DNA from: Octopus sinensis
Lineage: Eukaryota
Assembly (NCBI RefSeq): GCF_006345805.1
Contig: NC_043009.1
Coordinates: 10,850,001-10,914,000 of the forward strand
Direction of reading: 5' to 3'
DNA: 64,000 bases
Shown: positions 12,217 through 25,947 of the stretch, piece after piece
Numbering within the stretch: position 1 is the stretch's first letter
Layout of the letters: each line of letters opens with the position of its first letter
Translations under genes and position numbers: made by a program
Notes under the pieces: generated by a model
The model's input: the letters and a program-made list of their open reading frames with translations, nothing else
Told to the model about the DNA's origin: nothing
Database searches by the model: none

Positions 12217-12440
12217 GGCGCAGGCGAGGAAAGTGGTTTTGCTTCCCAACTATATGGATCCTCATTTTTCCTCTGTATGGCACCTTGGGTCATCTACTAT
12301 AGCCCCGCATCGACCAAAGCCTTCTGAGTGGATTTTTTGAGGGAAACTGAAAGACGTCAGTCACATACAATGTTGATATGGTTATGTCCACCGTAATTGA
12401 GTGGTTCGGAGAAAAACTCCCGATAGAATAAATAACAGAT
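12217..12440 (+). mobile_element. Old diverged SINE family A copy
   Basis: ggcgcaggcg...ggcaccttggg...gaccaaagcc...ggaaactgaaag...gatagaataa. Confidence 0.7.
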
Positions 12441-12470
12441 TTACAAAATGTAAGAATGTATGTATGTATA

Positions 12471-12653
12471 AAAGGGGGTGTCCTGAAAATTTCATGGCTT
12501 AGGCTAAAAGAAAATGCAGAAGATTCAGTTAATTATGATTTTATTCAACGAATTAGCGTTTCAGATTTACATACTTATTACACACTTCCTTCGGTTTTTC
12601 TGTAAAAGAACTCGGAAGATCGGGCCTCCAATCATGCCTTTCACGACACCCTC
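12471..12653 (-). mobile_element. Mariner-like internal-deletion derivative
   Basis: Imperfect TIRs (gggggtgtcctgaaaa versus reverse complement gagggtgtcgtgaaag). The minus strand keeps a decayed aataagtatgtaaat...gttgaataa transposase end, also seen at 25.8 kb. Confidence 0.55.
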
Positions 12654-13039
12654 AATGTCAAGAACTTTTCAGTATATTTACACACACACACGCATACCAA
12701 CACACACACACGCACACGCACACACACACACACACACACACACGCACCGCGCGCGCGCGCACATGCACACACAAACATATAAATATACGTGTCGTGTGTG
12801 CAATTTCTGTTAAACTATCCATTGCTCAATACGCCATTTCATGACCGCCAGTTCGGAACGAAACAAGAAGCAACGAAACAAACTCAGATACACGCGTATA
12901 TCGACACACAGAGACACAAACTCACGAACGTATGCGAAAACGCGTACACAATTGTACGTATATGCGTACGTATAAAGCGTGTATATATTGATAAATGTTT
13001 TCATGTACTTAATGTGTGTGTGCTTCTGTGTGGAAATAT

Positions 13040-13246
13040 AGATATATATATATATATATATATATACTTTTTATATATATAATGTATACATATATATATA
13101 ATGTATATGCACGTATACATATGTATATACATGTATACACATACACATATGCACACATGTGTAAATACATATATAGATATACATATATGCATATATATGT
13201 TCATATATTGATGTATGTATATATATATATATTTATACATACATAT

Positions 13247-13277
<31 letters not shown>

Positions 13278-13597
13278 TATATAATATATGCATATATGTA
13301 TGTATGTATATATACTATATACATATATATATATATGCATATATGTATGTATATATATATACATACATACATATATATATTATATGCATATATGATGTAT
13401 ATATATATACATACATATATATATATAATGCATATATGTATGTATATATATATACATACATATATATATACATAGCATATATTATACCATTATATATTAA
13501 TATATATATATAGATATATATATATACATATATAATATATATATATATATACACATACATATATATATATAATATATATATATAATATATTAATATC

Positions 13598-13640
<43 letters not shown>

Positions 13641-13660
13641 TACTATATATATATATGTAA
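13040..13660. repeat. (TA)n/(TATG)n low-complexity tract
   Basis: Direct inspection; source of many YI/MY ORFs. Confidence 0.97.
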
Positions 13661-14840
13661 AATGTAAGTGGTGTGCGCGTGCATAAATAATATATGATAA
13701 CCTGTAGGATTGAATCACCTGGCTTTTTTCTAAATATGTTTTTATCTCGTTCGTTTTAACCTCTCAATTTAACAAATACCGCTCGTATATCTTTTTATAA
13801 TGTTTTCGCTTCAACCCACGCACATGTTGAATGACTTAAAAGGAGAAGAGCGTAATGAAAAAGCCACAACTGAAACTCACAATTAGATTAAGCGGTTCTT
13901 TATCAACATTAAAACAGCAACCCTTTTGGCAATATTTTATCTATGAACATCGCTTTGCACTTTTGTTGACTGCTTAACATGATATTGTCAAAGTCGATAT
14001 GCTTCATAGATATTTCTTTTACAGGTATTATGTGACACACACGATGTAATTACATTTATAACTGCCACCACTATCACCGTCATGACGACGACGACGACCA
14101 CCACCACCACCACAACCCCTATCACCTCCGCCACTACCACTACCATCACCAGCAATAACAGCAACGACAACACCACCATCACGGCCACGGCAATATCCGC
14201 CATGTGGTACTACTGATAATGAATTATGATGATGATGATGATGATGATGATGACCACCATTATCATTTCCATCACTCTGACCACGGCCGCCACCATCAAC
14301 ACCACCACCAAGAACCTCCACCATAAGCATCACCACTACTACTTTTAACTGTACCTATCTACCTACTAGTTAAAGAATACATTTATATCTTTCCTGTTGG
14401 CACAAAAGTAGTGAGCTAGAATTTAAAGTTTGTATTCCATGAATCGAAATATATTCAGTCGGTAGTTACAGTTTCAGATTTTTCACAAACATACAGGCCA
14501 TTCTACTTTTAAGGGATGGTTTCATGCCATATATATATATCGAAGATCGCCGTGGTCAAAGACGATACCTCCGTAGTATCGAGGTCCTGTGACCAATTAC
14601 TTTAAGGTGGCATATATGATTTGGAACTAAATCTGACTTTAAAAATAACGAGGGTGACACCTATCTTAGACTGAATGCAGCCCGACTATATTGTACAAAT
14701 TCCCAGAATGCATATATATCAGAGCAGTAGAGATCAAAATGTTCTGCACAGGAAAAAGAAAAAAAACAAACAAACACCAAAATCAAGAAAAAAACCAGAT
14801 AATGAACTGACAGAACAATAATGAGTTTTATATATATATA

Positions 14841-15254
14841 GGCGCAGGAGTGGCTGTGTGGTAAGTCGCTTGTTTACCAACCACATGGTTCCGGGTTCAG
14901 TCCTATTGCGTGGCACCTTGGGCAAGTGTCTTCTACTATAGCCTCGGGCCGACCATAGCCTTCTTAGTGGATTTGGTAGACAGAAACTGAAGAGAAGCCC
15001 GTCGTATATATGTATATATATATATGTATGTGTGTGTGTGTGTTTGTGTGTCTGTGTTTGTCCCCCTAGCATTGCTTGACAACCGATGCTGGTGTGTTTA
15101 TGTCCCTGTTACTTAGCGGTTCGGCAAAAGAGACCGATAGAATAAGTACTGGGCTTACAAAAGAATAAGTCCCGGGGTCGAGTTGCTCGATTACAGGCGG
15201 TGCTCCAGCATGGCCGCAGTCAAATGACTGAAACAAGTAAAAGAGTAAAAGAGT
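14841..15254 (+). mobile_element. SINE family A, full length, young-looking
   Basis: Near-consensus head to tail, ending aagagtaaaagagta. Confidence 0.95.
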
Positions 15255-15260
15255 ATATAT

Positions 15261-15390
15261 ATATATTAATAAATGGAGTTTAACGCAGGTGTAATTCAAA
15301 TACTTTTACTTCCGACACATGTTTCGAAACATCTGTCGGAAGTAAAAGTATTTGAATTATAACTGCGTTAAACTCCATTTATTAATATAT
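15261..15390. repeat. 130-bp spacerless palindrome centred on GTTTC|GAAAC
   Basis: 65-bp arms with 3 mismatches, symmetric about 15325/15326; the arm sequence is related to the outer end of the 32445-32904 palindrome. Confidence 0.95.
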
Positions 15391-15552
15391 TATTATACAA
15401 ACACTTTCACGTAAACGCAAGGTTTCTACCTTTAAAAACAAGGAGTTTTAACCTCTTTACTTGTGATTTTTTGCAACCCTGGTAACTATTTATCTATTTT
15501 TTCCGTGTGAATTGTTAGCAAGGGAAAAATACACACATCTCTCTCTCTCTCA

Positions 15553-15612
<60 letters not shown>

Positions 15613-16649
15613 CATATATGTATATATATGTATATATAATATATGTTATATATGTATATACAACATACGCACACGCGCACACACTACATATATTAAAATA
15701 GAATATGAATATGCCAAACATTTGGCATCCCTCGAAAAAATAACATTTAAATAAACATATCTTCGATCGTCATGCAACTACCAAATACATTGTGTTCTTT
15801 CTCGTCTTTCCTTCGGTTCTCGTCGAACTGGTAACTACTATATTCTTGATTGGGTATATTCTTCATTTCTATATTTTCATATTAATCTATTACTAATGGC
15901 AGAATACTTAGCTTTTGCTGAATCCTTACTTAATATCATCATCCATTTTCTTGGCTATTCTAGAAACAGCTGTAAAGACTTTACCTATTTATCATATCTA
16001 CTCTGTACTATGTTTATATTATTTATTTAAGCCACATGCTTTTCGAGTGTTTTTCTTATTCCTTTATAAAATTCTATTCTAATCTATATCTACCCTCTCA
16101 AGGAGAAATTATTTTAAGATTTAATCCTAAATCTACTCCCATAATATAACGTTAATGGAAATATCTTAAATAACCTATTTTTACATACTGCTGTAACAAG
16201 GATGACGTTGCTATTGAAAATTAAAATTATCTAAAGTATTATTGGATGGTTTCATATAATATGATTATAAATGCTGAAAAATAAAGCATTTTTCTAACGA
16301 GAGATGTAAGTGAAACACGAAAAGTATGGCTTAATATATATAATGTTTTTGGATTATCTTTTGTCTTTGTTGTTTTACTCTACGCATTCCTCATGCTGTT
16401 ATCAACATTTTATCGCCGTAAGTTATATCTGAACTCTTCACTCTAAAAATCATTGCTATCAATTTCATTGTGAAGATAATTCGCTGTGGGCTAGAAATAA
16501 CAATATCTTAGGAGTCAAGTGTAATTGGGTTTGTTACGTACAGTTATCTTTCCTTGAGTTCAATATTAATGTTTTTTTTAGAGATGGTAGTAATGGTAAT
16601 GCTGTATGTTATAGATATGGAAAATCCAAGCATTGTTATCTTCCAATAT

Positions 16650-16731
16650 ATATATACATATATATATATACCGCACGTATATGTAAACACATTGTATATA
16701 TGTATGTGAATATATATATATATATATATAT

Positions 16732-16772
<41 letters not shown>

Positions 16773-16963
16773 GCATATATATATATATATATATATATAC
16801 ATATGTATATATGCATATATATATATATATACATATATATATTTACATACATATATACATACATACGTACATACATACATACGTACATACATACATACAT
16901 GCATACATACATACATACATACATACATACATACATACATACATACATACATACATACATACA

Positions 16964-16994
<31 letters not shown>

Positions 16995-16995
16995 T
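16650..16995. repeat. (TA)n/(CATA)n microsatellite
   Basis: Direct inspection. Confidence 0.97.
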
Positions 16996-18596
16996 CGGAT
17001 CGATAATATCGAATAAACTGGTACATCAGAGGTGTGATGTTCTTAGTCAAAATATGAATGATGACGTTTGAAATGAAAATAAAAAGCTATTATAAGAAAC
17101 ATGATGTAGAATTATGTATAGATACCAATCACTATTGGATTTCGATTATTCTTTATCATGTTTCTACTTTCTTTCTATAACTTTTTATAGTCATTTTTGC
17201 GACAGTCTTGTGTATTTGATTAACCTAACACACTTTCTACTACGTTATCTTGTATAATCATATTCTGTGTTGTTTGAGCACCACAGTAAGGTATTCTAAT
17301 TTGTCAGGATTCTTACGGCTTTAATTCCAGATTTTCGAGCTTGAAAATGAATCACTCAAACACAAAAGTAGACTAAAATTAGAGACTGTCAGACAGTTAC
17401 CTAGTGGGTAATATTTTATATTTACGGACGATGAACTCACACAAAATTAAGTCTTTTAACAACTTTCATGATGCGAGCTAGATCTTCTGTAAATTATTCA
17501 AAGACACTTATTTTCTTCATTTTAATCTTTTCCATTGAGTTACATTATTTTGGCTACCTTCTATAGCCAGACAGGCGACTAAAATATATGAGATAATTAC
17601 TTTAGTTGAATGCCAACGCTCGGACAATGACCTACGAGTCTGGATATTTTATTTTCGTCAAGTACTTTCTAAATACTATTTTTATTTTAAAGATGTTTGG
17701 TAAGGAATCCATTTATTTTAAAATACAGAATTTTTTTTTTGCTCCCTCTCTGTTATATGACACACAAATAGTGACGAACAGTTAACTCGATAAAAAATGT
17801 ACTCACTAGAGAATCCGTGACTATAGAAAGCAGAGAAGGCATTAATGTAGAATTGAACATGTTATGCTGAGAACTATTATACATATACAAAATGTTTTTC
17901 TAATTATTGATAACTCGAATATCTTCATCGCAAAAAAGTTATCATTTATCTATATTTTACTGTCCCTCATATATTCAAGATAAACATAATTCTATTTAGG
18001 TTCAACAAAGCTACATCTATAGACAGTCATATTGCAAGTGCAAGCAGTTATGATTAAATTATCCAGAACAACCTCTGCTTTCAATAGTTTTATTATCTTC
18101 CCGTTGTCATCTAAAAGTACACAAATCTATTTTGTACGTATGCTTCTTCACCATTACTACTACGCTTGGCTTCCATGATTCGGAATAATTACAGATGGTT
18201 AACTGATGATTGCACAAATAAAAAGATAAATAGCAAGAAGGAATAGAAATCTACTGAACTTTATTCAGTCTTGTTGACTCCTTATATATATTTATGAAAT
18301 TACAATGGCACTCCCCTAAAATATTTTTCATAGATGACGGATCTGGTAAAAAAATTAATGATCATAAATCTTACACATGATCACTTTTGTGCGTCTATAT
18401 CGCAAAAGAAGCACAGTTAGGCAAAACGTTTGAAAACATATATAATCCCCAGATAAAGAGCCCTTATAATATTGTTAAATGAGGTGCTCGGTTTATATAT
18501 ATATAATATATAACATATAATATATACGAACACCAAATTGTGTACTTTTCTCTCCGAAACAGGAACTTAATGCCCAGCATGTTGTAGGTCATACTG

Positions 18597-18656
18597 GAAA
18601 CTGTTATACTATATCAGAAACTGATATACTATATCAGAAACTGTTATACTATATCA
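18597..18656. repeat. 20-bp tandem repeat x3
   Basis: gaaactg(t/a)tatactatatca repeated three times. Confidence 0.92.
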
Positions 18657-19083
18657 CTTAATTGCTTTTGCTTCCAAATTTTTCCGACACTTCAGCATTG
18701 TTTCCTTTATCTTGTCGGTGACTTAAATGTCCATCTTCCAGATAACGTGGAATTCTAAGCGAATGACCGGGATGAAAGCTTATTGTCTTTGTATTAGTGA
18801 TTTAGATACCAAAGTTTCTAGAAAAGATAAGGAGATAAAATTGACTCTTCAAAATACGGACATACAGAATTTGCTACGTTTATTAATATCAGTCATTTGC
18901 TACAAGGTGTGATTCTTACATATAAAAGCAGCTGAAAAACAGCACGTTGTCTATTCTGGAAAGCAGTGATGATTAAATTTTACATTTATCAATTAGTGAT
19001 CTAAAATAATTTTAGTCATATAAATTAATATAATTCTTGCTTCAATGAAATTTATGTCAAGTTTGTTAGGCTTAGTGGTTTAT

Positions 19084-19166
<83 letters not shown>

Positions 19167-19915
19167 TGTATATATGTATGTACGTATGTATATACATACC
19201 TATATGTATATAGAAACCATAAAGAGTAACAAACTACACATAAATTTCATTGAAACAAGAATTATATTTATTCTTAAAACTATTTTGCAAAAGTATATAT
19301 ATATATGTGTGTGTGAGGGGTGTATGTATGTATGTATATTTTTGTATGTATGCGTATATGTATATACGTAAGTTTATACCCCACTCCACACAAATATATA
19401 TATATATATACATATGTACATCCACAAACTTACGCATGCGCTTACATCACATACACATTGCCATAGACACATATATACCATATGCTGTATCATGTAAATC
19501 AAAAGTAACTGTGAAATATCTTTAGCTTCCCATTAACACACATTAAATTTAATTGAAGGTTGCTTCTTTAAATAGAATTGGAAATTCCACCGACACTAAG
19601 AGTTGAAGCATTTTTAAAGACTTTCTGATTGTCTTTGTCTTTTCGGGTGTCAAAATGTTCCCTTAATTTTGGTTCGTTATTGGAAATGTTACAACACATT
19701 TTCATGATTCTTTATTTATTTGAACTACATTTCAAGCGTTGTTTCTATTCAAGGATTACTTTTACAAATATATGGAAACATCTGTATTCTCATTTTATTA
19801 TTTGAATAATTTATAAGTTCCTGCATGCCATATATATCGCATTGAAGCTACATTTTCCAAAATGTATGACGTTGTTGCATTTACAAAAATATTTTCCAGT
19901 AATTTAGAAAATTCT

Positions 19916-20025
19916 CATCGTCTCTCCTTCCTTTATCTCTTCAGTTGCACATTCGTGTTCTTTTAGTTCTGCTTAGTATGGAAACACAGGCTCACACGGA
20001 TACAGCTACCTATGTATGCATGTAG

Positions 20026-20065
<40 letters not shown>

Positions 20066-20096
20066 ATCTATCTATCTATCTATCTATCTATATATA

Positions 20097-20130
<34 letters not shown>

Positions 20131-20280
20131 CATATATATGTGTGTGTGTATATAGGAAACTATCGTTTGTCTTTTACTTACATATATTATATATATATAT
20201 ATAAAGATTCAGCTGAATTAGGCACTTAAATTGAGGCACGTTGTCAGGTCGGAGTAATATGCACATCCAGACAATATCAA
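19916..20280 (+). repeat. Copy 1 of a diverged direct repeat pair
   Basis: catcgtctctcc...ggatacagctacctatgtatgcatgta [microsatellite] ataggaaactatcg [microsatellite] aagattcagctgaattagg...caatatcaa; copy 2 at 22079-22499. Confidence 0.9.
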
Positions 20281-20992
20281 AAAGAATCTTGCAAACCAAA
20301 TCCCAAAACGAAATATATGACAGGAGTTATTTCAAAAAGCAGATCGAATATGTTTGACAGCCTTTTATAACTCCTTCGCATTTGGAATCCTGCTCAATAA
20401 TTGCTGTCGTAGAAACCTTTGACGTTGTCTGTAAAAACACATTTTTAATCGTTTAACGCAAGAAGGAAGCACAGGGTCCGTGAAAGGCAGTAATTTCAAC
20501 GAAGAACTGCAAGCAAGATATAGAAAGTAATGTGTTTCTTATCCATCATAACCATATAGTACCCAGTTCAATAAATTTGCAACATACTCCGGAATTTTCG
20601 ATAAATAACAAGAGAATAATTTATATTTCGAATGACGAAGTATAAAAAGCATTAAAATGAACCATTAAAATAACAGCAATTCTAATGTAAGTAATACTGA
20701 CAAACATCGTAGTTTTCATACGTAAAGTAGAGAAACTAATGAGTATTTAAATACTAAACGTATTTAAAAACATTTTCAAAGAATAAATATTTAATAAGAA
20801 ATGTAAAATATATATTTATCACTGGAATTAAAAAAGAATAGTCAGAAAGGAAAGGTAAAAGAATATCAAGAACGGTTTTATTTTCTTTCTTCTTCCTTTT
20901 GTCTTTGGTTAATTCTCCCACACTAGCTTTTTCTCTCAGTTCACCATACTTCCTCATTTTTGGGTCATATATGCATGCTTACTCTATGATAC

Positions 20993-21370
20993 TTTTACTT
21001 ACTTACTTTTTACTTTTTACTTGTTTCAGTCATGTGACTGTGGCCATGCTGGAGCACCGCCTTTAGTCGAGCAAATCGACCCCAGGACTTATTCTTTGTA
21101 AGCCTAGTACTTATTCTATCTGTCTCTTTTGCCGAGCATCGGTTGTCAAGCGATGTTGGAGGGACAAACGCAGACACACAAACATATACACACACATACA
21201 CACACATACACACACATATATATATATATATACGACGGGCTTCTTTCAGTTTCCATCTACCAAATCCACTCACAAGGCTTTGGTCGGCCCGAGGCTATAG
21301 TAGAAGACACTTGCCCAAGGTGCCACGCAGTGGGACTGAATCCGGAACCATGTGGTTGGTAGACAAGCTA
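20993..21370 (-). mobile_element. SINE family A, slightly 5'-truncated
   Basis: Reverse complement of the family A consensus seen in this window. Confidence 0.92.
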
Positions 21371-22078
21371 CATATAAAGAAGGAAGTAAGATCTAAAGAA
21401 ATGTTACCTCGGGTTTCATTAGTAACCCAAAAATTCATTAAGACTACGCGGAACTCATTTGATTGATATGTAATATGTAATGCCTGCTTATAAGTTTGTC
21501 TCTTTGCTTATCATCATGCAAGTAATCTGCCGACACATGCATATAGGTCAGTGTATGAGTCTGCATGCGTTTGCGAGTGGCCTGTAGTTATTGATATGTT
21601 TGTTGGTCTGTAATTTGAATCCTCTGTTAATTTGTCATGGAGAAGATCAATAATCCGATGCATTCCAGCCGTAACCATTCCTTATGTTCCCCAGTCCCAG
21701 GTTCACATTTCTGAATGTGTAATTTTCTGACTGTATGGTGTGATTAGAGGGAGATATGGCAGCTATTTATGCAAATCGAAAAATATTTACAAACTCCCAT
21801 TTAGCTTGGACCCCTTTGTTAGCTTGTTATCTATCTCTAAGTGTAAAGAGTAAACAGTTGAGTGATATAAATAGTTATGCATTGCGTTGTATATACATAT
21901 GCACATGTGTGTGCTTGATCACACGTCTCGAGGGTGTGATGCACTGAACTTGCAATTTTCCTTTTCTCCCATTTCTTCATCGATTCTCTTTATCAACCGC
22001 TAAATTCTCTCACCTGAAAGGCATAATGCACATAATTTATCTATTTTTTTCCCTTCATAACCATTTAATTTATTTCCC

Positions 22079-22195
22079 CATCGTCTCTCCTTTCTTTATC
22101 TCTTCAGTTGCACATTTCTGTTCTTTTCGATCCGCTACTGTGGAAACACGAACTCACACGGATACAGCTACCTATGTATGCATGTATATATATAT

Positions 22196-22240
<45 letters not shown>

Positions 22241-22384
22241 TATACATATTTATATATGTTTATATATATTTATATATATATGAATATATATATATATATA
22301 TATTGTGTGTGTGTGTGTGTGTGCATGTATGTGTGTGTATGAGTGTGTGCATAGGAAACTATCGGTTGCCTTTTACTTATTTCA

Positions 22385-22424
<40 letters not shown>

Positions 22425-22499
22425 GATTCAGCTGAATTAGGCTCTTAAATTGAGGCACCTTGTTACGTCGGAATAATATGCACATCCAAACAATATCAA
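22079..22499 (+). repeat. Copy 2 of the direct repeat pair
   Basis: Same three unique blocks as 19916-20280, with different microsatellite contents. Confidence 0.9.
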
Positions 22500-22706
22500 T
22501 TGAATATCAACCTCTGCGCGGAAGTGTTTGCACTTGATATTATTGCAGTGCGTGCTGATAAGACGACCCAACTTATTGAAGAGATCCGAGAGACCCGCTC
22601 ATGGTTTTGCAGACATGCATTGTTATTTAAAAATACTTTCTCTAATATTTTCGAAGTGCAGATTCAAGGGTAGGTGAATAAAATATAAATGATGTACAAA
22701 GATGTA

Positions 22707-23089
22707 CAGGTGTCAATTCATCACGGCCGTTTCAAGCGACTCCTTTAATTGATTAATGAGGCCATTACATCATTGCAAAGAAACCATTTTCGTATTAATT
22801 GCAAAAACTTCAAACACAAAGGACCAACCAACTGCTTTCGCATATTCATATCACCAACTGGAACCTATAGGCTATTTTCTATGCTCACTTTGCCAAAGAA
22901 ACAGCAGAGGAACCAATATAAATATTTGAACCCAAATTAGTGATATGAATATGGGAAAACAGTTGTTGGGTCCTTTGTGTTTGAACTCTATGCAATCATC
23001 TGACAAAAGTGGCTTCTTTGTAATGGTGTAATGTCTTCCTTAATCAGTTAAAGGAGTCGCTAGAAACGCCCGTAATGAGTTGAGACCGG
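22707..23089. mobile_element. TA-flanked MITE with long (about 150 bp) TIRs, Tc1/mariner/pogo-like
   Basis: TA|CAGGTGTCAATTCATCACGG at the left and CCGTAATGAGTTGAGACCGG|TA at the right; arms 22707-22854 and 22940-23089 are roughly 80-85% identical by eye; 85-bp spacer. Confidence 0.85.
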
Positions 23090-23123
23090 TACGAGTTTGT
23101 TATTCATTGTTACTCTTTGTTAA

Positions 23124-23154
<31 letters not shown>

Positions 23155-23158
<4 letters not shown>

Positions 23159-23270
23159 ACTTGCAGCGTGGAAGGTGTCTATAAGCCATTAAATTCACTT
23201 CAAAATTAAAATTTTATTTGCGCCAAAATATTTTCGTCGCTTTGAATCCGCGTCCTGTTCACTGACAAAA
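23155..23270. mobile_element. Second copy of the 318-598 family, next to (TA)n, with the hammerhead-like motif on the minus strand
   Basis: ttgcagcgtggaaggtgt...aagccatt matches 378-410; the reverse complement of 23221-23270 is ttttgtcaGTGAACAggacgc...gcgacGAAAatattttggcg. Confidence 0.8.
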
Positions 23271-23644
23271 CTTCGTGCTGCATCTGAGAAAGTAACAATT
23301 AGTTCATCGTATTATGTATGTATGTATGTATGTATGTATGTAGACGTGTCTGCGTGTGTGTATGTGTACGTGCATGTAAGAGTATGTTTACGTACTAATA
23401 GGTGCGTCTGTTCAAGTTCGTCTGAAGGGAAACGGTTTTTGTATTTGGATGATATAACGCTTTCGTTTATCAATAAAGAACACGTCTGAAATAGCTGTAG
23501 TGAACTTTACCCCATCTGTGTTCTTGTTTTAACACATGCATACGCACACGCACGCACGCACACACACACACAAACACGCACGCACACACACACACACACT
23601 TCAATTTATTACTTTCAACAAATCATGCTCTCTACCAGCTATAC

Positions 23645-23877
23645 CTATTTCTTTACTACCCACAAGGGGCTAAACATAGAGGGGACAAACAAGGACAGAC
23701 ACACGGATTAAGTCGATTATATCGACCCCAGTGCGTAACTGGTACTTAATTTATCGACCCCGAAAGGATGAAAGGCAAAGTCGACCTCGGCGGAATTTGA
23801 ACTCAGAACGTAACCGCAGACGAAATACCGCTGAGCATTTCGCCCGGTGTGCTAACGTTTCTGCCAGCTCGCCGCCT
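23645..23877 (-). mobile_element. SINE family B, full length
   Basis: Near-identical to 34280-34510 in reverse. Confidence 0.95.
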
Positions 23878-25742
23878 GAACGCTATACCACCATGAACTT
23901 GCCGCAAGTGTACGACTCTAAGTCCACCTTTCATAGATATAGACTACTACGTACTAATATAACGAGCATTTACCTGTTCGTTCCCCTTTCTAGAAAAAAA
24001 CACTTCAAATCTCCCTTTATTATCTTAACAAAAGAAATATGGGACGATGTTCTTTTAGTTACGCTGTATTTGCAAAAAATAAAAAAAAAGAGAAACCCAA
24101 GAAAAGACGAGAAGACATGTTGGTCATGGCTGGCATACTTTTGAGCATGAGTTACTGGACCAACTTTTGTCTTATAATGAAGAGTAAATAAACTGCTACG
24201 AGTAACATTAACGACGGCAGCCTCCTATTGCTTCTAACGAATCATTCGCATCATCTCGTCGTGATTATGATCATAATTGTCAGCGCAACCAATATTGCCT
24301 ACGTCTACCGCTGACACCACCAGCAGTGATAATATCATCTACTCATCGCCATGGACAACATGTTCATCATTTTCATCACCATAACATCTATCAACAACAA
24401 CAACAACAACAACAAAAAAGGAAAAAGCAAATACAAAGCTCTGTTACTACTTCAGTGCTAACGACTACTACATCACTACTTTCAACAACATCTCAGTCAC
24501 CACTACTTTAACATACACGACCTGCACCAACACAGCCAGCACTACTACCACCACAACCGATACCACCCACACCAACATTACCACCACCACCACCATTTCT
24601 GCTTCTAATAAAGATTTGATTACCATCGCTAATGCCATAACTACTAACAACACCAACAAAAACAAGACCGACAGCATCATTGTCACTACCACTGCCACTA
24701 CCATCATCACAATGATTGCAATATCGACCGCCATTTTCTAAAACTAATATGAAAGCCACCAACAACGCTACCGTATCCCTCACCATCCCCGCCACTAAAA
24801 CTAAGAAGAGCAGCAACAACAATAACAAAACTATCATTTCTCATCACCGCCAGAGAAATAACTTTAGCTTCACTGTTTGAATTTTCAGATATTTTTAGCT
24901 ATCAATAAACGTTCTAACCGCCAGGCAATTAGATACATTATTTAGGGTTGTTTTCTATATAATAGGGGACATTTGCTCTGAATATTGATTTTTTCCCACA
25001 CCTTTAGCAAACTTTCAATAAAATCCTTGATTGCCATCAAGTGGCAAATTTTTGATTTTTCAGTAAACAAACGGAAGGCAATATTCCATACCATACTTCA
25101 GTTGGAATTTTCTATCGTTTAATTTTTTTTCTTTTCAACATAGTGCCTCCCTCCATTCCTTTTATCTCCCTTTCTTTCAATTTTTGGTTTCTCCAGTTTG
25201 GCATTCATTTTATTCTTTCTTTATTTTATTATGTAACAGCAACAAGAACAACAGCATCAGTAACAGCAATAATAATAACAGTATTAATAGTAACAATAAT
25301 AATTAGTAGTGGTAGAAGTGGTGATGGCTGTTGCTGTGGTGGAGGTTGAGATTATGGTGATGGAGGTTGAGATTATGGTGGTGGTAGTGGAGGTCGTTGT
25401 GGTGGTTGTTGTTGTGAGAGTAGGGATAGTGGTGGGAGTAGTAATATAAATAGTGATAATAGTACTGTTTAGAAGGAAGAGTTGTGAAGAGGTTAACTTA
25501 TTATTATCAAAGGTTTTTTTTTTGTTCAAACTTGAAATACATTAGATTTAATCAGTACATCGTCTATGTAAATGTTTTAGAATATTTTTTCACACTGTTT
25601 GGTTACGGAAATACATAATGGAGTCAATGGCTCTCATCCAGTAATCAGTATTTGATAACACCCTGTTGACAAATAGTGATTTCAGAAGATACGGCGGTAA
25701 CAAGTTTAGAATACCAGAGGTGGTGGTAGAAGAGACAATATA

Positions 25743-25947
25743 TCAGGGAGTTCTAAAAAGTTCCTGACTTTATGGGTGTGGCAAAAGGCTTAGGTAGAGA
25801 ACCAACATTACAGGGCTTAGAAAAGCTGAAGGGCCGCTGCAATAAGTACGTAAATATGAGAGGGGAGTATGTTGAATAAAGCCACAATTGACTGACCCAC
25901 CTGTATTTACTTTTACACAAGGCCAGGAACTTTTCAGCAACCCTTCG
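25743..25947 (+). mobile_element. Mariner internal-deletion derivative retaining the transposase C-terminus
   Basis: Encodes LQGLEKLKGRCNKYVNMRGEYVE*, matching the mariner C-terminal G..KL..RW.KC....G.Y.E pattern; imperfect TIRs sharing aaaagttcctg; TA at both ends. Confidence 0.75.

Noticed and set aside
23731-24144. Recurring peptides such as MRNWYLIYRPRKDERQSRPRRNL, MLQHGHSQMTET and LNPEPCGW
   Set aside because: They recur because they are readings of SINE families A and B; they are not a protein family.
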